This document shows, piece after piece, positions 35,201 through 44,475 of a stretch of 64,000 nt of DNA. A program made the position numbers and the translations under genes. The notes below the pieces were generated by a model. The model was not told the origin of the DNA. It searched no databases and was given only the letters and a program-made list of their open reading frames with translations. The stretch comes from Naegleria gruberi (taxonomy: Eukaryota), in assembly GCA_000004985.1 (NCBI GenBank), contig GG738930.1; one strand, 5' to 3'. Position 1 is the first letter of the stretch. Each line of letters opens with the position of its first letter.

Positions 35201-35829
35201 CTCAAAGTGGTGAAGATGAAGATGCTCCAGTTATTGGTGGTACTATTATTGAAAAATTGACCATCACCTGGTCTGGTGCTTCACAAGCCCTTATTTCTGT
35301 GGATGATGACGAAAATTCAGCTCCTACAGACTCTGTTCCTGTTGCCTCTCAACATAACAAAACTATTGAGCTCAAACCACTTAAACAAGTTCTTGTTGAT
35401 TTGGACATTAATACCTCGTCTGTTCCTCTTGAAATTATTTGTTACAATATTTGGGAAAAGGATGAAAATTTGATCAATAATGAGTTCAGTAAGAAGATTA
35501 TTGATAAGAATACCAAGGCTGTCTGCAGTAGAAATGCACATGGTTCCAAGCAATTCTCCTCTGATAGTACTACAGCTGTCCTCAAGAGCTCATCAGAAGC
35601 TCAAGGCAAGCAAATGGAAAAGCTTATCGATAACATGCAAAAGATCAATAGAAGAAAGAAATTCTTTGAACAAGACAATAACAACAATTCATCTCCATAC
35701 ACATCAGGAGGAGGTTCTTCTTCATCAGGCCCTAACAATAATTTTGAAAGAAGAGGAAAACCATTTGCAAGAGGAGGTGGTAACGTGAATTCAAGAGGAG
35801 GTGGTTCCAGAAGACAATACAATCAATAA
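29227..35829 (+). CDS. 2,200-aa fusion protein: N-terminal low-complexity/coiled-coil region, then Cid1-family nucleotidyltransferase (terminal uridylyl / non-canonical poly(A) polymerase, NTase plus PAP-associated), then DIS3L2-type 3'-5' exoribonuclease (CSD, RNB, S1), then an RGG-box tail
   Basis: Uninterrupted 6.6 kb ORF. NTase: [25 protein letters not shown] (GS..DxD), [65 protein letters not shown]. PAP-associated: [19 protein letters not shown]...[40 protein letters not shown]...[80 protein letters not shown]. S1: [26 protein letters not shown]. Tail: [22 protein letters not shown]. Confidence 0.85.
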   Translation: [2200 protein letters not shown]

Positions 35830-35868
35830 TTCTCTTCACGAATAAATTTCTTTAAATTCAAATCCACC

Positions 35869-35918
35869 NNNNNNNNNNNNNNNNNNNNNNNNNNNNNNNN
35901 NNNNNNNNNNNNNNNNNN
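35869..35918. other. Assembly gap (50 N) in the intergenic region after the fusion gene
   Basis: Run of n. Confidence 1.
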
Positions 35919-36049
35919 CAACACACCAATCCTATTAAGTTGTTCGTTCATCAAAAAACTCAACACTTATTATTATTTTGATTGTATTGATTAATCCTCT
36001 ATTTTGTTAATAGATCCTTCTTCTCATCATTGTTATTGAGAAAACAAGA

Positions 36050-37531
36050 ATGGATCCTAATAATAATAATTTACCATCTTCAACAATAGATTCCTCCCCT
36101 TCATCATCATCAAACAAAAAGACTAAGAAGAAACTTACCTTCTCTTCCTCTACTGATAATACCCAACAAAAACAACAGAATGTCCCATCACCAACAGGAG
36201 GGAAGAAGAACGTTTCCTTCCGAGGATCTTCATCCAATGAGGCAATTTCATCCTCTGCTGCTTCCTCTTCAAAAAAGAGTACTAGTATTAGTATTAAACC
36301 TTCTAGTAACAGTAGCTTTATTCCAGAAACTCCACCAGATCATGTGATGGCCTCCAATTCATTGAGAATGAGATATCTATCGGATGATATGATTGAGGGA
36401 GATTCGTCCGATGATGATAATAGTAAATCAGATTCATCTGCGAATGGAGATGATAATAGAGCTGCTTCTGTGATTAGTACGAGAACTAATTCACAGGGAT
36501 TAATGGATTTGGAAGATCAAGATGTGATTGAGGAAACACCAAAAAGGCCATCCATTAGAAAATCAGCAAAATCTGTAGCTTATACAATGGAACATTTGGG
36601 AAATAGATCTTCTTTCTATGATTTTGAAACTATTGGAATGCATCGATCAGCTACGAGATCAAATTTCACAGGAAGAACTATGGATCGTTCCATGTCTTTT
36701 TATCCAGGTTCTGCTGTGAGTCCTAGTTCTAAGCTCACTCAACAAGAATTCAAACGTAGAAATTCAATTAGAAGAATGAAATCAGTATTTGACTTTTCGA
36801 GAGATGAAAATATGCTCCACGATGGACGTGCCTTATTTTTTGATCCTGAAAGAGGAGCTTTTATTGGAGGATCAGAGGATGATTTAATGTATTCAGGTGG
36901 AATGAGTCAAGATGAAGATGAAATGAGTGAATCAGCAAAGAAAAAGTTTTCGTACAGAGCCAAGAAGTGGATGAAGGAAAAGTATGCTGCCTTTGTGGAA
37001 AAGTTAAAGATTGTAATGAGATTTATCTATACTATCACTTTTGGAGTTTTATTGTTTTTGATATTTAATTTATTCTCTGGATTGAGTTTCATTACAGTCT
37101 TTGGGGCTGATTATGGCAAAACCTTATTTAAATTATCCTTCTTTATGCTTAATCCGTTTAACAAGAGAGTTTTCTTTGGATATTTGATAGAGCAGACAAC
37201 CAGTGGTGCAGGAGAAAGAACTGGGTTGTTATCTTCTTCAAACACCTCATCAGAAAAGCAAAAGAAAAAGTATCCAATCTCAAGGTTAGTGAAACACTTG
37301 TTTTGGGTGTTACTTATTGGACTGCCAATGACTTTTGTACAATCATTTATTGTCATTATGTGTTGGTTCCCAATTATACCAATTCCAATTTCAAAACTCA
37401 TTTTCAGTATTAACAAGAACATGTTCTTGCCAAGTTTTATTGATTTGACCATTACAAGGAGAGTGGAAACATCAAATTCCAATTCAATTAATAACGAAGA
37501 TAATGATGAAGAGAAGAAGGAAGAAACCTAA
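36050..37531 (+). CDS. Ser-rich protein with 2-3 C-terminal TM helices; possibly the N-terminal (regulatory) part of the downstream CAX gene if the TAA at 37529-37531 is bypassed by an unrecognised intron or is an error; otherwise a separate gene
   Basis: ATG 36050; 493-codon ORF; TM helices IYTITFGVLLFLIFNLFSGLSFITVF and LVKHLFWVLLIGLPMTFVQSFIVIMCWF; ends 16 bp before the CAX ATG. Confidence 0.45.
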   Translation: MDPNNNNLPSSTIDSSPSSSSNKKTKKKLTFSSSTDNTQQKQQNVPSPTGGKKNVSFRGSSSNEAISSSAASSSKKSTSISIKPSSNSSFIPETPPDHVMASNSLRMRYLSDDMIEGDSSDDDNSKSDSSANGDDNRAASVISTRTNSQGLMDLEDQDVIEETPKRPSIRKSAKSVAYTMEHLGNRSSFYDFETIGMHRSATRSNFTGRTMDRSMSFYPGSAVSPSSKLTQQEFKRRNSIRRMKSVFDFSRDENMLHDGRALFFDPERGAFIGGSEDDLMYSGGMSQDEDEMSESAKKKFSYRAKKWMKEKYAAFVEKLKIVMRFIYTITFGVLLFLIFNLFSGLSFITVFGADYGKTLFKLSFFMLNPFNKRVFFGYLIEQTTSGAGERTGLLSSSNTSSEKQKKKYPISRLVKHLFWVLLIGLPMTFVQSFIVIMCWFPIIPIPISKLIFSINKNMFLPSFIDLTITRRVETSNSNSINNEDNDEEKKEET

Positions 37532-37546
37532 GATAAATCCATTCAC

Positions 37547-39450
37547 ATGGTTGATCCTTTCACTTTCAAAGCATTCAAGATGAAATTATTCTCTATTAGA
37601 GTTCCACTCATCAACTTGCTTCCTCTCGTTGCCTTAACTATTGGACTTCATTATGGTATGGAAGATGACTTTACAACCAAATATAGTATGGTCATCTTTG
37701 CCTTGTCAATTGTTGCTGCCATGCCTCTTGCTTTCATTATTGGCCATTGTGTTGAATCTATTGTTGCTCAAACTTCATTTGTTTTTGGAGCATTGTTGAA
37801 TGCCACATTTGGTAGTATAATTGAACTGATATTATACTTCTTAGCTCTGTACAAGGGGTTGCAGGGTGTGGTTGTGAACTCTGTAAGTGGTGCAATCTTA
37901 GGTGCTGTCTTACTTACTCCAGGGCTTGCCATGGGCTGTGGAGGTCTTAGATACAGGGAACAATACTTTAATAGATATGCTGCAGGTGTTTCCAGCATCT
38001 TGTTATTCATTGCAGTTGTTGGTGCCTTCTTGCCATGTTTGTACTACTTGTCATTTGGTGTTCAGCAATTGAAATGTGGCCAATGTTTGAATGGTTTGCC
38101 ATACAATAGAACGAAGGAAGAGCCAGATATTTATTCGAAAGGACTATTATCAACTAGTACAGCACCTTATTCATCATTTTCATCCAATATTGAAGGAGTC
38201 AACAATCCTCCTGAAGCTGATTCCTCTTGGTTTGATACTGCTAAACGTAGCTTTAAGAGTTTGTATGGTAGAAAGTACAAGAGGCCCAACAAATCAGTTC
38301 ATGGAGCGAACCTTAAAGAAATTACCAAAAAGACAACAATTGGAACAATTTATGGGGCTCCTGTCGAAATTGCTCCTCGCTCCTTCTCACCAATGGATGA
38401 AATTCAAAATTATCACACCTTATTGGACTTAAAATCTGCAGATTTATTATTGACCAGTAATTATACTCCAGTGAGTAATTTCACCAACAACAGTACCTTT
38501 AGTATTCGGTGTGTTGGTTGTGATATTTCATTGGAAGACTTTGTCCATGATCCTCTCTATGAAAACAAGGTGAGACCACTTGCATTCACAGCAGCAATTA
38601 TCTTACCATTTGCCTACTTTTTCGGATTATTCTACAGTTTGAGAACCCACAGATTCTTAATGCAAAAACCACCAAAGAAGGGATTCTCTGGAGAAGGAGA
38701 ACACCAAGAAAAAGAGCCAGAAGATGACCAAGAACAAGAGGAAACAAACTCAACAAAAGGAGATCAATTAGATGATAATAAGAGTGCTAGTAAGGCGTCA
38801 ATGGAAAATCTGAAAGATTCTGACAGCGAAGGACATGACCAATCTCTAATTAAATCAGAAAAAGACGAGTCGAACAAAACAGAAGAAGAGGAGGAGGAAA
38901 GTATTTGGCCTATCTGGTTGGCTATTTTAGTTCTCATTTTGTGTACTGCAGCATATTCGTTCGTTGCAGTTATGACTTCAGCACTTGGTAAGTTTGTTTT
39001 TTACTATATTTCTCAAATATTTAAATGAAATTGTTAACTCGTTCATCAACAAATTCAGAACCTGCCTTTGAAAGTATTGGAGTTAGTGCAGAATTTGCTG
39101 GATTAACCTTCATTGCAACTGTGCCAAGTATGGGCGAATTCCTCAATGCAATTCAATTTGCCTGGATGGACAATGTTACACTTGCTTTGGAAATTGGTAA
39201 CGTTGCTGCTATTCAAATTTCTCTCCTTCAAATTCCAGCTCTTGTCTTGGGATCCTTCCTCATCTTTGAAGGAAATGAAAATATGATTTTTTCCCTTACT
39301 TTCCCTCAATTCAATTTGATGGCCATCTTCTTCTCAGTTCTCATGTTGAATTACATTAGTAGAGATGGACGTAGTAATTACTTCCACGGACTGGCTCTGG
39401 TGTTTGTCTATATTTTCATTGTGGTTGGATTTTTCTTCATTTATCTGTAA
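37547..39450 (+). CDS. Ca2+/H+ antiporter, CAX/VCX1 family; join(37547..38987, 39059..39450), intron 38988..39058
   Basis: Alpha-repeat 1 GALLNATFGSIIELILYFLALYKG, acidic cytosolic loop EEEEEES..., alpha-repeat 2 LTFIATVPSMGEFLNAIQFAWMDNVTLALEIGNVAAIQISLLQIPALVLGSF. Intron GTAAGT..AATTCAG, phase 1, removes the in-frame stop and joins ..MTSAL|EPAFESIG. Confidence 0.75.
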
Positions 39451-39751
39451 TTTGTCAAGTTGGATTCAAAAATGGAAAAATTCCATAAACTAGTTTTGGT
39501 ATCGATTTAAATTCAAAGAAATAAATAATTCAATTCTTTCGATTCAAAGAAGAAATAAATACTAATTTACACCAAATGCAAGAGTCAAGCGATATTCCTT
39601 TGAATCCAATTTTTATCTATCATTCTTTCGAATAGAATTGTTTTCTTCTCTGATCTAGAGGAACTAAGAAAATAGTTTTGCAAGTCTGAAAGCTGTCAAA
39701 CTCCGTTTGACTCCTGAAAAATCCCTTAACAATCTCAAAAAAAAAACAAGC

Positions 39752-41294
39752 ATGACCCAACAACTGCACTCTTTCTCCGGAGCTCATCTCCTCCTCATAT
39801 TATTGTTAATAAATAACAGTATTATTGGCCTCGTGACTTCACTCTATGTTCCAGTTTATATCATGATGCCACTCAATACAGTGAATTCAGACGGATCGTT
39901 GAATAATCCAGAGAAAATTTACGATTACTTGCAACGAGTAAAACAAGTAGGAACAGACGGGTAAGTTTGATGATTGTGTTGAATATTTCAATTAATTTCA
40001 ATGTCATCAACTAGAATAATGATTGACGTTTGGTGGGGAATTATTGAACCATCTCCCCAACAATACAATTTCAATGCCTACATGCAACTGTTTACCATGT
40101 GTCGACAGGTGGGTTTAAAGGTGGAGCCAGTTCTTTCCTTTCATCAATGTGGAACCAATGTAGGTGATGCATGCTACATTCCATTGCCATTGTGGATTCA
40201 TCAAGTGGTGGGTGATAAAAATCCAGAGATTTTCTACACTGACCAGAATGGACACAGAGACAGGGAGTATCTTTCGCTAGGAGTTGATTCGGAAGCACTA
40301 TTTCCAAGCAATGATTCGAGAAGAAATAGAACTCCTCTCGAAATGTACGAACAAGTTATGATTCAATTCAATGCTACATTTTCTTCGTTTATTAAGGGTG
40401 GAGTAATTGATACGATTGAGATTGGTCTAGGACCTGCTGGAGAAATGAGATATCCCTCCTATCAGTTGCAAGATAATATGTGGAGTTTTCCTGGAATTGG
40501 CGCATTTCAATGGTGAGTTTTTGTTTTCAATGTTTCTGTTCAATAACACAAGAAAAATTTATGAATTATTTTCGAATACTTTCTGGATTAGTTATGATCG
40601 ATATATGCTGCAAGATTTGGCCAAGGCAGCGAGAGAAGTAGGTCATCCAGAATGGGGAAAGACAGGTCCGGCCAATGCTGGCAATTACAACTCTCGGCCA
40701 TTCGAAACTGGTTTCTTCTCTGAGAATACTTTTGATAATTATGATTCCAGTTATGGTAAATTCTTTATTGGATGGTATACAGCCAAACTTATTCAACATG
40801 GTGATGCCATTTTGGGAAGAGCTAGATCAGTATTTGGTCAATCAAGCAAATTGGCAACCAAAATAGCAGGCATTCATTGGTGGTATTATACATGGAGTCA
40901 CGCAGCTGAACTCACGGCCGGTTACTACAACACGATCCATTACAATGGTTATATTGACATTGCCAAAATGTTCAAAAAACACAATGTAGAATTCCAATTT
41001 ACATGTTTGGAAATGAAAGATCGAGAACAACCCTCCGATTGTGCATGTGGTCCAGAAGAGTTGGTTGCCCTCACACGAGAATCAGCTTTCAATTTGGGAT
41101 TGAAATATGGAGGTGAGAATGCTTTGGAAATTTTGGGAAATTACGCAGCAAATCAACAAATTGCAAAACAGTCGATTAGTGACGGCAAGTCAATTTCTAG
41201 TTTTACATTTTTGAGAATGTCAGATGAGTTGATGGCTAGTTCTCAGTATATGGGAAGTTATGCTAATCTTGTTTACGTGATGCATAATTTGTAA
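39752..41294 (+). CDS. Beta-amylase (glycoside hydrolase family 14), secreted; join(39752..39960, 40015..40512, 40592..41294)
   Basis: Signal peptide MTQQLHSFSGAHLLLILLLINNSIIGLVTS. GH14 motifs VGTDG|IMIDVWWGIIE, HQCGTNVGDACYIPLPLWI, GLGPAGEMRYPSYQ, GIGAFQ|CYDRYMLQDL. Introns 39961..40014 (GTAAGT..CTAG, phase 2) and 40513..40591 (GTGAGT..ATTAG, phase 2) restore conserved residues. Confidence 0.85.
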
Positions 41295-41930
41295 TTGGAT
41301 TCGAATAAAATTTGGTGGAATACGAAAGGTATAGTTTGTGAGTTGTCGATGATCAAGTGATTGTATAAAATGAATTTTGTTAGCAGAGAAATGGTTTCTT
41401 TTGTTTTGGACTTTGAATTATGAGCTAGGGAGGTCAATGTTCTATAAATGAATCTAACGTGCATTTTGTACGATTGACTAAACTCCTTATCCGAAACTTG
41501 TCTGTTAAGTATCGCGCGAGCATCAATAATAATGGTAGATATGCAGTTGACTAGTGCACTCTATGCATTTTTATATTCTAAACATTGCATACCATTAGAA
41601 CAATCAAAAGAACATTCGAATAATTTATACTAATTGACAAGATCTCTTTTCCAAAAAATACAGATCTGGTATTCAGAGATAACCATCATTGTTATTTTCA
41701 TGCAGCGATAACTCAATTGATAGATACCAAGTAGTTGCTTTCTTATTCGAAAGTAGTCGATTCTATCAATGTAATTACCAGTTATTGTCGAAACCGGGTC
41801 TATATTTGGTATGTAGCACTTATCCTGCACAAAATAAGAAACTCAAAGCCAATTTTTGGTAGATAAAAGTTTAGACAACTTTCGCTCTCTTTCGTCCAAA
41901 TTAAAAAAATTGTCAACACACAACAATAGC

Positions 41931-43532
41931 ATGCCAACCTCCACCTCAACAGCTGCTGCAGCCACATCAAGGAAACAACGTGATGGGTATGAATTATTAG
42001 TCATTCCACTTGAAGCAGTCATTGGCTATACGAATCTCTTGTCGAAAGAAAACCGAAACTCATTATCAAGCTTTAGAAGTCATGATTCGGCAAATTCATC
42101 AAAAAGTAAAACCACCAACACCACAACCAACCTTTCGTCCAATTTACCAATTGACATTGCTCCACTCGATGAATTACGTTGTAAATTTGAAAATCACATT
42201 TCGAGTGGTGAGTTGAAAAATTGTGCCACATTGAATTTGCAAAAATTGCAATTTCTTGACAGATTTTACGATTCCAAGAGGAAGAAACCTATCAAGTTTG
42301 AGAGAAAGATATTTTATTCGAAATTGAATAGTTTTATATTCGAGTTGATACAAGATTCGAATTGTCAAGGATTGATTATTCAGAATACAGCAGTTGAGAA
42401 TGGTTTCTTATTGCAATTTGATATGATTCAATCAGAAAATGAAGGAATGATTCCACTTTTCTCTGAACATGCATATATTCGAAACTGGTTTTCGAAACAA
42501 CAAGCTAATTACAAATTATTTATGGAAGGAAAAGACATAGCACAAGAGATTGACATTGATAATGGTCAATTGGGTTTAATAGTTAACATGTTCTATTCAG
42601 ATTTGAAAGAATTTTTCTTTTACTTTCAAAAACACGAAACTAAATATTGTAAAAACTGGATTGAAGATAATATTCTAACACTTCCTAAATTCCTCCTCGT
42701 TGACTTGAAAGCCAAACAAGATAAGATTGCTAAATATAGAGATTTATTGGTTTACAAAGAAGAGGATATGAACAATAGGATTGTTCTAGATTCGGATTTT
42801 GAATTTATTTATCATTTGGCTGAGCATACGAGTGATTGGAAACTTTCTAAACATTCGAAACTTGGTTCCTGTCATGTCTATTCATCCAAGGAGAATTACA
42901 CAACTGTTACAGGAACGAAAATCCAGAAATATGTCCACACTGTAAATATGAGTATTGAAAAGTGTACGAAAGCTTTCTTTTCATACGATGCAAAGGATTT
43001 AATGATAATCTTTGGTGATTATAGAGATTACAAGGAATTGGATAACAGCAATTCATTGAAAAAGTATAGTAGTGTGGTGAGAAGTTGTACAGTGGATTTT
43101 GGAAGATTCTTCTCGAAACGTTACTTGGAAACTGTCTTTGCCACAAAGGGAAAATTTGTGGGTTCTGAATTGGTTGAGGCTGTCTATCTATTCAAGACTT
43201 GTGACATTGCAAATAATCAAAAGGAACAGAAAAACAGATGCATGACTATTGGAGGAGCCATTCTCCAAAAATGTGGAGCTAATTCCACACGTTTCACAGA
43301 CATCAAAATGTTCAATGTTGGTGGAATCTTACAAAAGGATTTCATAATCAATAATATTGGAATTAAGTTGTACATGAAGCAGATTCCTTCCTACATGGAT
43401 GGCATGACTAAATCATTGGAAAAGATGGGCGGAAAGGTTGATGAGAATGAGAAACCAATTTGGAGAACTTTCTGTGATTATGCCAGAGCCAACTATAAAA
43501 TTGATCCAAATGAATTACCAGTGTTGGATTAA
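41931..43532 (+). CDS. Hypothetical protein (about 530 aa), no confidently recognised domain
   Basis: First ATG 41931 (MPTSTSTAAAATSRK...); long continuous ORF; the ORF-track start 41856 is TTG. Confidence 0.45.
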   Translation: MPTSTSTAAAATSRKQRDGYELLVIPLEAVIGYTNLLSKENRNSLSSFRSHDSANSSKSKTTNTTTNLSSNLPIDIAPLDELRCKFENHISSGELKNCATLNLQKLQFLDRFYDSKRKKPIKFERKIFYSKLNSFIFELIQDSNCQGLIIQNTAVENGFLLQFDMIQSENEGMIPLFSEHAYIRNWFSKQQANYKLFMEGKDIAQEIDIDNGQLGLIVNMFYSDLKEFFFYFQKHETKYCKNWIEDNILTLPKFLLVDLKAKQDKIAKYRDLLVYKEEDMNNRIVLDSDFEFIYHLAEHTSDWKLSKHSKLGSCHVYSSKENYTTVTGTKIQKYVHTVNMSIEKCTKAFFSYDAKDLMIIFGDYRDYKELDNSNSLKKYSSVVRSCTVDFGRFFSKRYLETVFATKGKFVGSELVEAVYLFKTCDIANNQKEQKNRCMTIGGAILQKCGANSTRFTDIKMFNVGGILQKDFIINNIGIKLYMKQIPSYMDGMTKSLEKMGGKVDENEKPIWRTFCDYARANYKIDPNELPVLD

Positions 43533-43548
43533 TAAATGTATTATTTGT

Positions 43549-44475
43549 TCAATATTCTTCACAAATTATTACCAAATCGGTCAATCTATTGCGTTGATTT
43601 TTCAATTTTTCCATTAATGAGTTCTTCCTCAAATTATTACATTTACCATTGAACTCTTCAATGATATTTCCCTGCTCATCTTGATATTCATTAACAAAAT
43701 TGTCTAAAGCTTGAATTACTTCCGGTATGATTTGATTTTCACTTTTTACATATTCTACAGAAAAGAAATCCAGGTAGGCTTCAATACTCTTTTCCCTGTC
43801 AACAACTTCCATACAATTATATTCAAATCCATCCATTAATTCGTACCAATTAATCTCAAACAATTCATGATATCCTCCACCACACAATTCTTTCGCAACA
43901 TTCAAAAATTCATTTCTGAAAGCAATAGAAATAGGTTTTTCGTGATAGTATCTCAACTTGGAGAAGTGATTCACATCCGCTCCATACTTCAACAATACTC
44001 TAACTTTATCCAAACTTCCACTTTTTGCACAAACATAGAGAATGTGATAAGCTTCCCAAGAGTCCCTTGTATATATTTCATTTGCATTTGCTTTATAATT
44101 CTTCAATAGCCATTCTCCCATCTTGGCCAAATCCGAATCCTTTCTTTCTCTTTCTTCATCTCTAATCACTCGCTCATTGTTATAGTCAACTTTCTCATTC
44201 ATACATAAAACTTTCCAGAGCCAACTTTGTGGAAAACCCTCATTAGAACAAAACTCACATGATCCATATTCTTCAACAAGCCTTTCCAGCTGCCCAATAA
44301 TCCATTCGGAATCAACAAGAACACTCTCGGAATGATTGAAATCATCATCATCACAAATTTTCGAATTTTTAAATAATTTAAATAAATTAATTAGTAAAGG
44401 ATCGTTTTTCTGCAGTCTTTCCAAGTGATGATCGATATAGAGTGAGAGTAAATGCTGAACATCTCGTTGCGACAT
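43549..44475 (-). CDS. Ankyrin-repeat-containing protein
   Basis: ATG 44475 (aaaaaaaATG). Ankyrin-like unit AYHILYVCAKSGSLDKVRVLLKYGADVNHFSKL. Confidence 0.5.
   Translation of the reverse strand: MSQRDVQHLLSLYIDHHLERLQKNDPLLINLFKLFKNSKICDDDDFNHSESVLVDSEWIIGQLERLVEEYGSCEFCSNEGFPQSWLWKVLCMNEKVDYNNERVIRDEERERKDSDLAKMGEWLLKNYKANANEIYTRDSWEAYHILYVCAKSGSLDKVRVLLKYGADVNHFSKLRYYHEKPISIAFRNEFLNVAKELCGGGYHELFEINWYELMDGFEYNCMEVVDREKSIEAYLDFFSVEYVKSENQIIPEVIQALDNFVNEYQDEQGNIIEEFNGKCNNLRKNSLMEKLKNQRNRLTDLVIICEEY

Noticed and set aside
39025-39060. ATG at 39025 (MKLLTRSS) as the start of a separate small membrane protein
   Set aside because: It lies inside the CAX intron 38988..39058; the downstream frame is exon 2 of CAX (second alpha-repeat)
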